A stretch of 46,921 nucleotides of DNA from a bacterium (GTDB lineage Bacteria; SAR324; XYD2-FULL-50-16). The stretch lies in assembly GCA_029940215.1 (NCBI GenBank), contig JAOZRE010000003.1, positions 1-46,921 of the forward strand. The letters run 5' to 3'. The notes beneath the pieces are model-generated. The model made no database searches. It saw nothing but the letters and a program-made list of their open reading frames with translations, and had not been told where the DNA came from. Shown here piece by piece: positions 16,991-27,071 of this stretch. How positions within the stretch are numbered: the stretch's first letter is position 1; the number at the start of each line of letters is the position of its first letter. Made by a program: the position numbers and the translations under genes.

Positions 16991-18214
16991 TCAGGAAAGG
17001 TCTCCCAGGAAGTGTCGATCCCGGTATCCCATCAGGTATAAAATCCCGTCCAGTCCCTGGGTTGTCAGAGACTGCTCAGCTGACTGGCGGACAATGGGTT
17101 TGGCGCGAAACGCAATTCCCAGACCGGCGCGGCTTAACATGGGCAGATCGTTTGCCCCATCGCCCACAGCAATAACCTGCTTCATGCTGATCCCCTCTTT
17201 TTGAACCAGTTGTTCCAGCAGCTCAGCCTTTCGGGCACCATCAACCACCTTTCCTAATACCTGACCGGTTACATGGCCGTCGACGATTTCCAGGCGGTTG
17301 GCAAATACGTAGTCAATGCCGAGTTTCTGCTTGAGGTGGTTTCCAAAGTAGTCAAACCCACCGGAGATAATGGCGGTGGTCAGATTCATTTTTTTCAGTG
17401 TGCTGATCAGACGTTCAGCCCCTTCGGTCAATGGTAACTTATCTGCAATCTCCTTCAGAATTGATTCATCCAGCCCCTTAAGATGCTGGACCCGTTCAGC
17501 GAGGCTTTGGGGAAAATCGATCTCCCCACGCATGGCCTTTTCTGTGATGGCAGCTACCGCCTCGCCTGCACCTGCTTTTTTAGCCAGTTCATCGATGACC
17601 TCCACCTTGATCAGGGTGGAGTCCATATCAAAAGCCACCAGCCGGCGGTTACTGCGGTAGATATTGTCCTCCTGCAGTGCGATATCAATTCCCATTCTGG
17701 CAGCGGCTTCCAGAAACTCCTCACGCATCCCATCCGGGTCTGCCGGGGCCCCCCTGAATGAAAACTCTACACAGGCATTACCCTCTTCACGGGTCTGATC
17801 GAGATGAATACGTCCTGAGATTCGGGTGATATTGTCAATATTCAATTCATGGCCGGCGACAATGCTGGAAATGGAGGAAATATGGGCTGCGGTGATTTTA
17901 GGGGCCTGCAGGGTGACGATATGGCGGCTCTTTCCCTGCTCATCCACCCAGCTGTTGTACCGCTCCTTTGGAATGGGTGTGAACTTGGCATTAACCCCCA
18001 GGGTATGGGCAGCAAACAGGGTGTCCTTCAAAATAGGGGCTGATTGTGATGCCCTGGGGATTTCGATCAATATCCCGAGAGAAAGGGTGTTGTGGATGAC
18101 TGCCTGACCAATATCCAGAATATTAACGTGGTGATTGGCCAGGTGTTCGGTAATAGAGGCTGTCAACCCCGGACGGTCCTCACCGGAAATATTGATGATG
18201 ATGATCTCAGGCAT
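16991..18214 (-). CDS. serB: Phosphoserine phosphatase SerB with N-terminal ACT domains
   Basis: GEDRPG ACT start, DMDSTL HAD motif I, SGGF, GDGANDL. Confidence 0.96.
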   Translation of the reverse strand: MPEIIIINISGEDRPGLTASITEHLANHHVNILDIGQAVIHNTLSLGILIEIPRASQSAPILKDTLFAAHTLGVNAKFTPIPKERYNSWVDEQGKSRHIVTLQAPKITAAHISSISSIVAGHELNIDNITRISGRIHLDQTREEGNACVEFSFRGAPADPDGMREEFLEAAARMGIDIALQEDNIYRSNRRLVAFDMDSTLIKVEVIDELAKKAGAGEAVAAITEKAMRGEIDFPQSLAERVQHLKGLDESILKEIADKLPLTEGAERLISTLKKMNLTTAIISGGFDYFGNHLKQKLGIDYVFANRLEIVDGHVTGQVLGKVVDGARKAELLEQLVQKEGISMKQVIAVGDGANDLPMLSRAGLGIAFRAKPIVRQSAEQSLTTQGLDGILYLMGYRDRHFLGDLS

Positions 18215-18324
18215 AGTGGTGTGATGGTTGTTTGCAAACCGAGTCGGTTGCCGCCCCGGTGTTCAGAGAGCGTTGTTTTTGGTGTTATATCAGTTATCCA
18301 GGTCAATGAATCGTTGGTGCGATG

Positions 18325-18987
18325 CTAGTCGGTACCGAAATAGATGTCGCCGAAGTCACCCAGTCCGGGAACAATGTAGGCGTTTGTATCCAGGCCTTCA
18401 TCCACTTCTGCTGTGATAATCCGGATATTCGGGTATGCGGCTAACACGGCCTCTATTCCTTCTGGAGCAGCCACCAGGTTGATAAAGATGATTTTCTCCT
18501 CTGCTACCCCTTTCAGCTTCAGGGATCTGATGGTCTCGTTGGCAGATCCGCCGGTGGCCAGCATGGGGTCCAGGATAAAAACGAAGCGATTTTCAATGTC
18601 ATCGGGCAACCAGTCTTTAAAAAAAATGGGCTTGGCTGTCTCCTCGTCTCGTTGGATCAGGATATGAGCAATCCGGATTTTCTTTGCCACCTCTCGAATA
18701 ACGTTTTGCATGCTCAGCCCCGCCCGGATGATGGGAACGGCACAGATTTTTCCAACAAACTCAGTCCCGACATAGGTTTCACCTGTCCGGGTTTCGACTA
18801 CCTTTTCTCTCGTGGGCAGGCAGTTTAATCCCGCTTCGACCAGCAACCGGTTTATCCGATCTGAATAGAATATAAAATCGTTTCGCTTGGTGTTTTTATC
18901 GCGGATGATGGTCATCAGCGTTTGGAGTTGAGACGTCATCTCCAGTACTGAAAGTTGTGGATATTCCTTTCCTCTTAGAACTGCCAT
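18325..18987 (-). CDS. upp: Uracil phosphoribosyltransferase (eukaryote/Fur1-like sequence type)
   Basis: IIRAG, QRDEET, PRPP loop [30 protein letters not shown]. Confidence 0.95.
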   Translation of the reverse strand: [220 protein letters not shown]

Positions 18988-19186
18988 AAGATCCTCCTGT
19001 TTGACTGAGATTTGGTGCGCATCTGTCGTTGTTATCAGGTGCCGGGGTTTTTTTGCCGATTTCCCGATGAGATGATCCCTGTTAGTCTTTATGAATCACG
19101 GCAAAAACACAACTGCTTTTCAGCTAATTCCCTGACTTTCTGGTAGAACAATTTTCTCCGCCCGGTTTGTCCGGACTGGATGCTGA

Positions 19187-19447
19187 CTAGTGATGGTGGT
19201 CCTCTTCTTTTAGAAACAGGGTGTGGTATTCCGGTTCCTCCAGGTGTTTTTTAAGCATGTTATCGACAAAGTTGAACATCTCCTCAAGGTCGCTATCCGT
19301 CATTCGCTTGACCAGCTCCTTTATCATGGTGTCATCGGATAATTTCTGCAGGTAATAGATCACCGCAATTTCATCATGCTGCCGGTCAAATCCGAAAGCG
19401 ATCATGTCATTATAGGTTTCTACAAAGTCGTGTGTGTGTTTAGCCAT
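19187..19447 (-). CDS. Conserved small cytoplasmic hypothetical protein
   Basis: Clean 86-aa ORF; YYLQKLSDD...RMTDSDL...EYHTLFLK resembles small uncharacterised deltaproteobacterial proteins (recalled). Confidence 0.75.
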   Translation of the reverse strand: MAKHTHDFVETYNDMIAFGFDRQHDEIAVIYYLQKLSDDTMIKELVKRMTDSDLEEMFNFVDNMLKKHLEEPEYHTLFLKEEDHHH

Positions 19448-19481
19448 AATATTTAAATGTTAATTGTTATTTGCCACTCTG

Positions 19482-20870
19482 CTAGTCTTTCCTTCGTTGC
19501 CAGCGGGTCAGCAGATATTCAATAAAGCCGATTCCCAGCACCGGGCCCAGGATGTAAAGAAACAGCAGGGGGTCAAAAAGGGCAATCCCGGCAAAACCAC
19601 CCAGGATACCGCCAAGTACTTCAATGGCTGAAAGATGCTCGCCCGACGCGTCCAGGACCATCTTCTCAAGCTTGTCTGTATCGTAGGCCTTTACCTTTTC
19701 GGTCACGATATCGGCAATCTGGATTTTCTCCAGAATCTTTGGCATGGAACGGGTCAGGAAACGGTCAAATCGCTCATTGGAAATGACCTCTTCCAGGGTT
19801 GTCTCCATGAAATTCAACCCGTTTTTCAGGTATTGATCAATCTGCTTCCAGGATGCGTCCTTTTGCAGAAAAGCCTCAATTTCCAGCAGAATATGCGGGA
19901 CCCCTTTCTCTTTGATTTTATCCAGCAGTTCAAAGACCAGCTTCTGGTAATAGATATCGAGTTGCCGTTTTCCGGAATCGGAGTCGAGGTATTTGGTCAG
20001 TCGCCCGACCAGGCCCTCAAGGTTTCGGTAAAGTCGATGCCTGAATTCAGGAGAAGAAACCATCTCGTAAAGGTAGTCCTCGATCATGTCCTGGTCGAAA
20101 TCAAAGGTCCAGGTCGCGAGCTTGAGGATGTTCCGCTTGATCACGCTCTGCCGCTCAATCGCCTTGTTTACCTGCTTGAAAATAGCCTCGGAAAGCTCTG
20201 GCACATTGTTGTGCAGAAATGAGGTCAGCTCCTTTGAGATGGCTTTCAGGTCGATGGTACCGTCATCGATGTTTGTTTCGATGATCCGGGTAATCTCCTT
20301 TGTCAGAGAAGCCAGATCGATCTTCTCCCGCAGGTATTTGGTCAGGTTGATTTCAGAAAGTTGCAGCAGCAGGTAGAAAATCTTCGGGGAGTTGGTTTGA
20401 AACGTGTTCAGGATCCATTTGGTGATGGAGGCCTGATGTTCAGGGTTGTCCAGGGTGACGTCAACATACTCCTTCATGCTGGAGACAGCGTTCGAGATCA
20501 TGTCGTTTTTGTTGACATACTCGATCAGATCCGTGGCATTGAAAAAGTTTTCCGAAATACCTCCCCCCAGACTCTCGGCTATCTGGTCCTGGTTACCGGG
20601 AATCAGTCCCTGGATACCGTGCCGGGACCGGATCTTGGGCTTGAACAGCATGGTGATGGCCAGAAAATTGGTGAAGTAGCCCACCATACTGGATAGCAGT
20701 ATTTTATAGGAGATATCCAGTGTACTGCTGTAACCGGCGTCCAGAATCCCGATGTCAGGAGAGGAGAGAATCTTGAGAACCAGGACAATCGAAAAAAAAG
20801 CGGGAACGATAAATCGGAAAAAAAAGCGTAGCGGTTTAATAAATCTGTCCATTGATTGCCTTTCTGGCAT
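19482..20870 (-). CDS. DUF445 family membrane-anchored protein
   Basis: VGYFTNFLAITMLFKP...GLIP and C-terminal IEVLGGILGGFAG. Start may be 20852. Confidence 0.85.
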   Translation of the reverse strand: MPERQSMDRFIKPLRFFFRFIVPAFFSIVLVLKILSSPDIGILDAGYSSTLDISYKILLSSMVGYFTNFLAITMLFKPKIRSRHGIQGLIPGNQDQIAESLGGGISENFFNATDLIEYVNKNDMISNAVSSMKEYVDVTLDNPEHQASITKWILNTFQTNSPKIFYLLLQLSEINLTKYLREKIDLASLTKEITRIIETNIDDGTIDLKAISKELTSFLHNNVPELSEAIFKQVNKAIERQSVIKRNILKLATWTFDFDQDMIEDYLYEMVSSPEFRHRLYRNLEGLVGRLTKYLDSDSGKRQLDIYYQKLVFELLDKIKEKGVPHILLEIEAFLQKDASWKQIDQYLKNGLNFMETTLEEVISNERFDRFLTRSMPKILEKIQIADIVTEKVKAYDTDKLEKMVLDASGEHLSAIEVLGGILGGFAGIALFDPLLFLYILGPVLGIGFIEYLLTRWQRRKD

Positions 20871-21053
20871 GAATGTGAACCCTGGTGGCAGCGATTGCTG
20901 ATCGGACGGGTTAACAGGTACCGAAATAGTCGTGTCTTACCTCTTCAGGTTGAACGGAATGGAGCCGTTTTGTAAATATCAAGCAATGGATTCATTGATG
21001 GTCATCGTTATGGCGCTGAAAATCAATGGGGGATGCTGGACATCCGCGTCTTG

Positions 21054-22346
21054 CTACATAGCCTCGATCCATTCACTCAGGCGGTTGATGGCACAAAGTG
21101 TCTGGTCGCAGTAAGTGTTCAAAAATGAAGTGTCCAATGGGACATGCAGGGGTATGCTTTCGCTGCCAGCCAGCGCTGTTGCCCCGTCAAAGTTTACATA
21201 AGCAAGGCGGACGGTCATTTCCAATGAATCGCGGCCGAAGGCAGTCCCCGGCAGAATGGCCACTTTTGCCTCTTCCAGGGCCCTGTCCGCCAACTGGATG
21301 GATGTGGTAATTCCCTTGCTGTTGAGCTTCTCCTTGAGCGGGGTGAAGTCGGGAAAGAGGTAGAATCCGCCCTTGGGCCTGACCAGGTCAGCTCCGGTCT
21401 GTGCGATCCTGTCAGCACACCAGTTTCCCAGCAGTTTCAATATCCGGCGGGAATGTGCCAGGTAGCGTTCTATTTGAATGCCGCCCTTGAAAGCGGTAAT
21501 AGCAGCATACTGAATGGGGGCAGATGTGGAGGTAAAGGTTTCGCTGGCCACCCCGGCGATGGCCTCCATCAGCCAGTGCAACTCTGGTGGAAAACTGAAG
21601 GTTCCCAGCCGCCATCCACCGGCGCCACACCATTTTGAGAGGCCGCTGCTGATAATCGTTCCTTCAGGGTAATACTTGGCTATGGAAATATGGGTGCCTT
21701 CATGATCCAGTTCGCCGTATATCTCGTCAGAGAGAAGGATTATATTGTACTTCCGTGCCACCGATGCCAGTTCCTTGAGCTCGGTTTCGGTGTAGGTCGA
21801 TCCCTCCGGATTGCCTGGATAGTTGATGATCACAATTCGCGGTGTTTCCGGATCGTCATAACACAATTCTTCCAGTTTCTCAGGTTGAAGGCGCCATTCG
21901 TCCACAAAAGAGGTGTGTAATTTAAAAACACGACGCCCGATAATCCGGGCCTGTGGTTCATAGGATACCCAGGAGGGGGTCGGTATCACCAAGTCACCAT
22001 AATAGGTCAACTGCAGCAGAAACATCAGCTCCTTTGATCCGGGCCCAATCATCACATTTTCAGTGCGGATCGGTACCCCGTTTTTCTTCTTGTGATACAT
22101 GGCAACCGCTTCTCTTAATGTCGCCAGCCCTTCGGTTGGTAGATAATCTTTTTCAGACGCATGATGTTTCAACGCATCCACTACCGGTTGAGCAACTGGA
22201 AAAGGGGATTGACCCAGACCCAGGGTACCGATGCGGTGTCCCTGTCGGATCAAAGCAAGACTTTTCTGGTTGATGGCAATAGTCGCTGATTGTCCAAGTC
22301 CCCTGACATTGAGGTTCAGGGATGTTTGAAAGCGATGGTTTTCCAT
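21054..22346 (-). CDS. PLP-dependent aminotransferase class I/II
   Basis: GLGQSPF, GSKE, PSWVSY, NYPGNPEG, SDEIY, SSGLSK...GWRLG, GGFY; ATG 22346 follows AGGA (ORF track starts at TTG 22364). Confidence 0.92.
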   Translation of the reverse strand: MENHRFQTSLNLNVRGLGQSATIAINQKSLALIRQGHRIGTLGLGQSPFPVAQPVVDALKHHASEKDYLPTEGLATLREAVAMYHKKKNGVPIRTENVMIGPGSKELMFLLQLTYYGDLVIPTPSWVSYEPQARIIGRRVFKLHTSFVDEWRLQPEKLEELCYDDPETPRIVIINYPGNPEGSTYTETELKELASVARKYNIILLSDEIYGELDHEGTHISIAKYYPEGTIISSGLSKWCGAGGWRLGTFSFPPELHWLMEAIAGVASETFTSTSAPIQYAAITAFKGGIQIERYLAHSRRILKLLGNWCADRIAQTGADLVRPKGGFYLFPDFTPLKEKLNSKGITTSIQLADRALEEAKVAILPGTAFGRDSLEMTVRLAYVNFDGATALAGSESIPLHVPLDTSFLNTYCDQTLCAINRLSEWIEAM

Positions 22347-22729
22347 ATTGTTCCTGTTTTCCAACGTGATTAAGGCGTCGGGCTCATGACGGACACGGAA
22401 ATTAATGCATAAGATAACGACAATAGCTTAATACTATCAAGTTAATCCTTAATCAACAAATAGCAAAACAAAAAGAAACAATGGAGGGAAAATTGAAACT
22501 GAAGATTGAACCAGATCAAGGACTTGAAGAACTCACGTCAGGGGGGATCGGGTCGGTTGCTCTGCGGGAAGGGTCTTTGACAGCTGCTCTATGGATAGTA
22601 TGGAGGGGTTCACCACTGAAAGGCTGGGCTTTCAGCGGCAGGTTCCCAAGCAGGATCCACAGACAGGCCCATTTTATGCAGCCTGTTGTGACATCTGTTT
22701 GTGAGTCGGGTTTCGAAAAAAGTCTGGTA

Positions 22730-24652
22730 TCAGATATCCCAGGCTGCTTTGGCTCCCTCTTCGGTTGCTTCAATGATACGCCGTACCTGACTTGCATCTC
22801 CCACAATAAAATGACGGATATTTTTCTTCTGAAGTGTTTCCTTCAATTCGTTGCGCGGTTGCATCCCGGCTGCCAGTACGACCTGATCAATCCCTTCCAG
22901 AATCTCATCTTTGTCATCGCAACTGAGAGTGACCCGGTCTCCTTCGATGGATGAAATTGTGGTGCTGAAGCGAAACTGGACATTGGCTGCCCGCAGACGT
23001 TTGTGCAGTTGGTAACCATGGCCGGTGATTCTCAATACTGGAGAGTGTTTCAGCAGTTCCACTACTGTTACCTGACTGTCTTGGTCAACCAGAAAATCGG
23101 CCGTTTCCATCCCGATCAGGCCGCCACCGATAATGATTATGTTTTTACCTCCCGGCTTTTCTCGATTAAGTACCTGCCAGGCGTCACAAACGAGGGGCTG
23201 ATCGAGCCCTTTTATATCGGGAACTGATTTCTTGCCGCCAATGGCCAGGATCACAGCCTCCGGCGCATCGCTTTCCAGCATCTCGTCAGTGACTGTTACA
23301 CCCATTTTTACCGTTACGCCTTCTTTTACAATTTGGGCTGCCAGCCAGTCGATCCAGTCGCCATAGACTTTTTTGAATGGGGCCTGGCGAGCAAAATGGA
23401 CCTGGCCACCCAACTGCTCCGATTTTTCATAAAGGGTCACCTTATGACCCAGTTTAACAGCTTCCAGCGCCGCTGTCAGGCCGGCAGGCCCTCCACCAAC
23501 AACCCAGACATTGCGGGAAACCTCAGCAGGTCCCTTAGGGGCGATCAACTCCTGGCCCGTTTCGGGATTGATGGCGCAACGAACGCTTGATCCCATCTCC
23601 AGCATCAGTCGTTCGATACACCCCTGATTGCAGGCAAGACAATGGCGGATATCATCAAACCGTCCCTCTTTTGCTTTGTTCAGGAAATCAGGATCGGCCA
23701 GAACCTGGCGCCCGAATGCGACCATGTCTGCCTCTCCCTTTGCAATCACCTCGTCCGCTGCGCGTGGGTCCGTAAAACGGCCTACTGCAATGACGGGAAT
23801 ATCAACGGCTTCCTTGATCTTTTGAGCCCGCCAGACATTCCAGCCTGAATCATATTCCGCAGGCGCACTGGTGATACCGCCTGGACTACCGTGTGTTCCA
23901 ATAGATGCATGAATAACGTCGGTGCCTGCTGCCACCAGATCAGGTAGAATCGAAATGACGTCCTCAACCTGGTAACCATTCTTGATAAACTCCTCGGCCG
24001 AAATCCGAACCAGGACGGGAAAATCCGGTCCTACTTTTTTGCGAACCTCAGCGACAACCTCGATAACAAAACGCGCTCTTTCCTTGAAACTGCCGCCGTA
24101 CTCATCCGTTCTCTGGTTGGCATGTACGGACAAAAACTGTGTCAGCAGGTAGCCATGGGCTGCGTGGATCTCAACCGCGTCGGCACCAGCCTTCTGAGCT
24201 CGTGCGGCACCTTCACCAAAGGACCTGATAATTTCCTGGATATCATCCAGGGTCATCGCTTTTGCTGGAATGCCATAGATTAAACTGGGTGCTGCGGAGG
24301 GTGCCATAGCCGTCCCCTTTTTTAGCTGAAACATGGCTTCCCGACCTGCATGGTGAAGTTGCAGGGCCACTTTACTTCCACCCTCGTGGACTGCATCTAC
24401 CATCTGCTTCAAACCCGGGATGAATTTATCATCAAAAATTCCCAGACCGACGCAACCCGATGGATGAACACCGATAATTTCAGTAATAACCAAACCGATA
24501 CCGCTTTCTGCACGGCGCTTGATATAGGCCAGATTTGCCTCAGTTACCATACCGTCGCGGGTACCCAGGTTGGTTCCCATGGGTGGAATTACACAGCGGT
24601 TTGGTATCTCCAGGTTCCGGATTTTTATGGGGGATAGCAGATGGTCTAACAT
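22730..24652 (-). CDS. NADH:flavin oxidoreductase (OYE-like TIM barrel, 4Fe-4S, FAD domain; enoate/dienoyl-CoA reductase family)
   Basis: QLHHAGR, EIHAAHGYLL, RTDEYGGS, CLACNQGC, VVGGGPAGL, IIGGGLIG. Confidence 0.92.
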   Translation of the reverse strand: MLDHLLSPIKIRNLEIPNRCVIPPMGTNLGTRDGMVTEANLAYIKRRAESGIGLVITEIIGVHPSGCVGLGIFDDKFIPGLKQMVDAVHEGGSKVALQLHHAGREAMFQLKKGTAMAPSAAPSLIYGIPAKAMTLDDIQEIIRSFGEGAARAQKAGADAVEIHAAHGYLLTQFLSVHANQRTDEYGGSFKERARFVIEVVAEVRKKVGPDFPVLVRISAEEFIKNGYQVEDVISILPDLVAAGTDVIHASIGTHGSPGGITSAPAEYDSGWNVWRAQKIKEAVDIPVIAVGRFTDPRAADEVIAKGEADMVAFGRQVLADPDFLNKAKEGRFDDIRHCLACNQGCIERLMLEMGSSVRCAINPETGQELIAPKGPAEVSRNVWVVGGGPAGLTAALEAVKLGHKVTLYEKSEQLGGQVHFARQAPFKKVYGDWIDWLAAQIVKEGVTVKMGVTVTDEMLESDAPEAVILAIGGKKSVPDIKGLDQPLVCDAWQVLNREKPGGKNIIIIGGGLIGMETADFLVDQDSQVTVVELLKHSPVLRITGHGYQLHKRLRAANVQFRFSTTISSIEGDRVTLSCDDKDEILEGIDQVVLAAGMQPRNELKETLQKKNIRHFIVGDASQVRRIIEATEEGAKAAWDI

Positions 24653-24762
24653 GTTTCTCTCCTTTCTTGAACAATAGGTTGCCGTTAGAACACACGTAAA
24701 TAGCCGATCCGGTACTTATGAGGTTTAAACCGGATGGGATTGGCTCAGCAGGGGCATTTATT

Positions 24763-24780
24763 ATCGAGCAAATGTTCGAT
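24763..24780. promoter_or_regulatory. Operator-like palindrome, site 1
   Basis: ATCGAGCAAATGTTCGAT; aligns with the sites at 24819 and 35999. Confidence 0.55.
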
Positions 24781-24818
24781 TTTTATTTTTGCAGGGAAAA
24801 CCCTTCCTGTCAAATAAA

Positions 24819-24836
24819 ATCGAGCAGATGCTCAGT
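24819..24836. promoter_or_regulatory. Operator-like palindrome, site 2
   Basis: ATCGAGCAGATGCTCAGT; a minus-strand TTGACA (24813-24808) lies between sites 1 and 2. Confidence 0.55.
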
Positions 24837-24847
24837 TTTGATAGCTG

Positions 24848-25978
24848 TCAGCTTTCGGGCACACCCTTGACGTAGCATTTGAGGGAGAGCCCCTGTCGGA
24901 CAGCCAGCAGACAGTTGTTGCAGGACACACATCCGGCCTCATTGGTTTTTCCGGAGGCAAACCGCTTTACCAGGTGGGGTTCTCTGATAAAGGGGCGGCA
25001 CATGGAGATCATGTCCGCCTTTCCCTCTTCGATGATATTTGACATCTGCGCCAGTTTTCTGACACCCCCGACCAGGAGCAGGGGGACGTTTCCGATCACA
25101 GGCTTTATTTTCTCAGCCGCTGCAAGGTGGTAGTTGTCCACCGGGGCGAACTCGCCTTCAATACCCTGCTTGCGGCTCATGGCGAGGGGTGAAAAAGAGA
25201 GGGTGCCGCTGCTGAGTTCGATCCCGTCAATCCCGAGGTCAGCCAGCCATTTCGCGTAAATAGCTGCAAGATCCGGGTCTATTCCTGGCTCTGGTGTGAA
25301 GTCATTGGTATTGAGTTTGATCAGCACCGGCATATCAGAGGGAACGTTTTGCTTAATGGCAAGAAATACCTCCTTTACGAATCGGAAACGGTTCTCGTTG
25401 TTGCCGCCCCATTTGTCTTCCCGCTGATTGAAAAATGGAGAGAGAAACTGGCTCCCCAGGTAGCCGTGGGCTGCGTGGATCTGAACACCGTCAGCTCCGG
25501 CATCAGCCGCCCTGCCAGCAGCAGCACCGAATGCTTCGATGATTTCCTGGATTTCCTCCTCTGTCATGGCCCTGGGTTCAATGCCAAAGGTTGGATCAAC
25601 ACCGTTGTTGAAGGGAGCGATCGGTTCCAGACCGGTTACTTCTTTGCGGGTCTGCCGGCCTGCGTGGGCCAGCTGGAAGATGACCTTCCCCTCTTCATCA
25701 TGGATGGCAGAAACCAGCTTTTTAAGTCCACTGATAAAGCTGTCGTTGTAAATGGCTGTTTGTTTGAGCCCCGCCTTACCGGTCGGGTGCACATACATGT
25801 GACCGGGCACTATCAGGCCGATATCCCCTTTGGCTAGTTGCCTGTATCGTTTCAACAGCACCTCGTTCACCATGCCATCACTTTCCAGCATCGATTCATA
25901 TGTTGCAGAGTGTATAAAACGGTTTTTAACGGTCAGGGTCCCGATGTTAAAGGGGTTGAAAAGTTTGGACATAGTCAT
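24848..25978 (-). CDS. NADH:flavin oxidoreductase (OYE family, single domain with C-terminal Cys motif)
   Basis: QLAHAGR, QIHAAHGYL, REDKWGG, CRPFIREP, CVSCNNC. Confidence 0.9.
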   Translation of the reverse strand: MTMSKLFNPFNIGTLTVKNRFIHSATYESMLESDGMVNEVLLKRYRQLAKGDIGLIVPGHMYVHPTGKAGLKQTAIYNDSFISGLKKLVSAIHDEEGKVIFQLAHAGRQTRKEVTGLEPIAPFNNGVDPTFGIEPRAMTEEEIQEIIEAFGAAAGRAADAGADGVQIHAAHGYLGSQFLSPFFNQREDKWGGNNENRFRFVKEVFLAIKQNVPSDMPVLIKLNTNDFTPEPGIDPDLAAIYAKWLADLGIDGIELSSGTLSFSPLAMSRKQGIEGEFAPVDNYHLAAAEKIKPVIGNVPLLLVGGVRKLAQMSNIIEEGKADMISMCRPFIREPHLVKRFASGKTNEAGCVSCNNCLLAVRQGLSLKCYVKGVPES

Positions 25979-26037
25979 TCCATATTAGTGTCTGTTTGAC
26001 GTGTTTAGGTAACAGAGATGAAAAACCTGTAAAAGGC

Positions 26038-26910
26038 CTAAAATCGATAGGTGGATTTTGACACCCCTTCAGCAATGGGAGCGCCGGAATCGCGTTCATT
26101 GACAGCCTGTTTGAACCCGGCTTCCTGGGCCCGGTTTTTAAACCACGCTCCTTCGGGGGAGTGACGGGTAACACCATCAAACAACGTAGCAAACATCTGG
26201 GTGTTCTGCATCCCCATATTTTCAAAGGCCTGGTTGATCATCAGTTTCTGCATCATCAGCTGGTTGCGAGGAACTCCCTGCATCCTTTCTGCCCAGAACA
26301 TCACCCGTTCGTCCAACTTTTCCGCGGGTGTTGACTCCAGGATCAGGTCTATTTTTTCGGCTTCCACTCCTGATATCAGATCCCCAGTCAGAAGCATGCG
26401 TTTGGCCTTTTCTGCGCCGAGGCGGTAGACCCACATGGCGGTGGTCGGGCATCCCCAGACTCGAGCGGGGGGATATCCGATTCGGGCTGTGTCCGACATG
26501 ATGACCAGGTCGCAGCAGAGAGCAATATCGCTGCCACCGGCCACGGCGTCTCCATGAACCCTGGCGATGGTGGGCTTATATGAGTTCCAGAGGCTCATAA
26601 AGTCCTTTGTATTCTGGTACATCATCTGGAAATCCACCATCGGGTCCCAGAGGGTCTCGGACTTCCCGTCCGTTGTGCCCTGGTTTAGACCCTGCTCGGC
26701 AAACTCCACCAGGTCGTACCCGCCGCAAAAGCCTTTTCCTGCCGCCTGCAGGATAATAACATGTATAGTGTCATCCAGATTGGCTTTTTCCACGGCCTCT
26801 CTTATTTCCACGGGCATGCCGAGACAGATGGCGTTAAATCTTTCCGGACGATTCAAGGTGATGGTGGCGATACGCCCTTCTGTTTTGTAGAGCAGATGTT
26901 TGAATTCCAT
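26038..26910 (-). CDS. Crotonase/enoyl-CoA hydratase superfamily protein
   Basis: ITLNRPERFNA, FCGGYDL, KPTIARVHG, AVAGGSDIALCCD; canonical catalytic glutamates not evident. Confidence 0.88.
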   Translation of the reverse strand: MEFKHLLYKTEGRIATITLNRPERFNAICLGMPVEIREAVEKANLDDTIHVIILQAAGKGFCGGYDLVEFAEQGLNQGTTDGKSETLWDPMVDFQMMYQNTKDFMSLWNSYKPTIARVHGDAVAGGSDIALCCDLVIMSDTARIGYPPARVWGCPTTAMWVYRLGAEKAKRMLLTGDLISGVEAEKIDLILESTPAEKLDERVMFWAERMQGVPRNQLMMQKLMINQAFENMGMQNTQMFATLFDGVTRHSPEGAWFKNRAQEAGFKQAVNERDSGAPIAEGVSKSTYRF

Positions 26911-26973
26911 TTTCTCTCCAGATGTGATGAAAAATTAGCAATAGACCTGACATGGTTGGGGCATATGGTTTAA

Positions 26974-27071
26974 AGGTCGGCTCAAAAATTACTTGGCATT
27001 ATGCTGGCAAAATGTCCGATCTTTATAGGACTTTTGTGGACAGCGTATGCCAAGTTTTTTTGTACGATCCC
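26974..27071. repeat. ~97-bp palindromic MITE/REP-like element, copy 1
   Basis: (A/G)GGTCGGCT...ACGATCCC; core GCAAAATGTCCG...GGACTTTTG; TAA on both sides (26971-26973, 27072-27074). Confidence 0.8.

Noticed and set aside
19150-19190. PyrR-binding loop upstream of upp
   Set aside because: AGTCCGGAC only partly resembles the ARUCCNGNGAGGYU consensus and no attenuator is evident.
19635-20222. Long antisense or alternate-frame ORFs (this one, 10852-11625, 4502-5023, 45580-46140 and similar)
   Set aside because: Each lies wholly over a well-supported gene and shows no family motif; treated as shadow ORFs.
22590-22660. SAM-I-like words and the hairpin CTGAAAG/CTTTCAG between the aminotransferase and the oxidoreductase
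   Set aside because: The SAM-I core (GGAGGGACxGGCCC, GCAAC, GTGC) is not matched; only a single hairpin is supported.
22481-22954. 157-aa plus-strand ORF
   Set aside because: Overlaps the oxidoreductase antisense for about half its length and has no recognisable motif.
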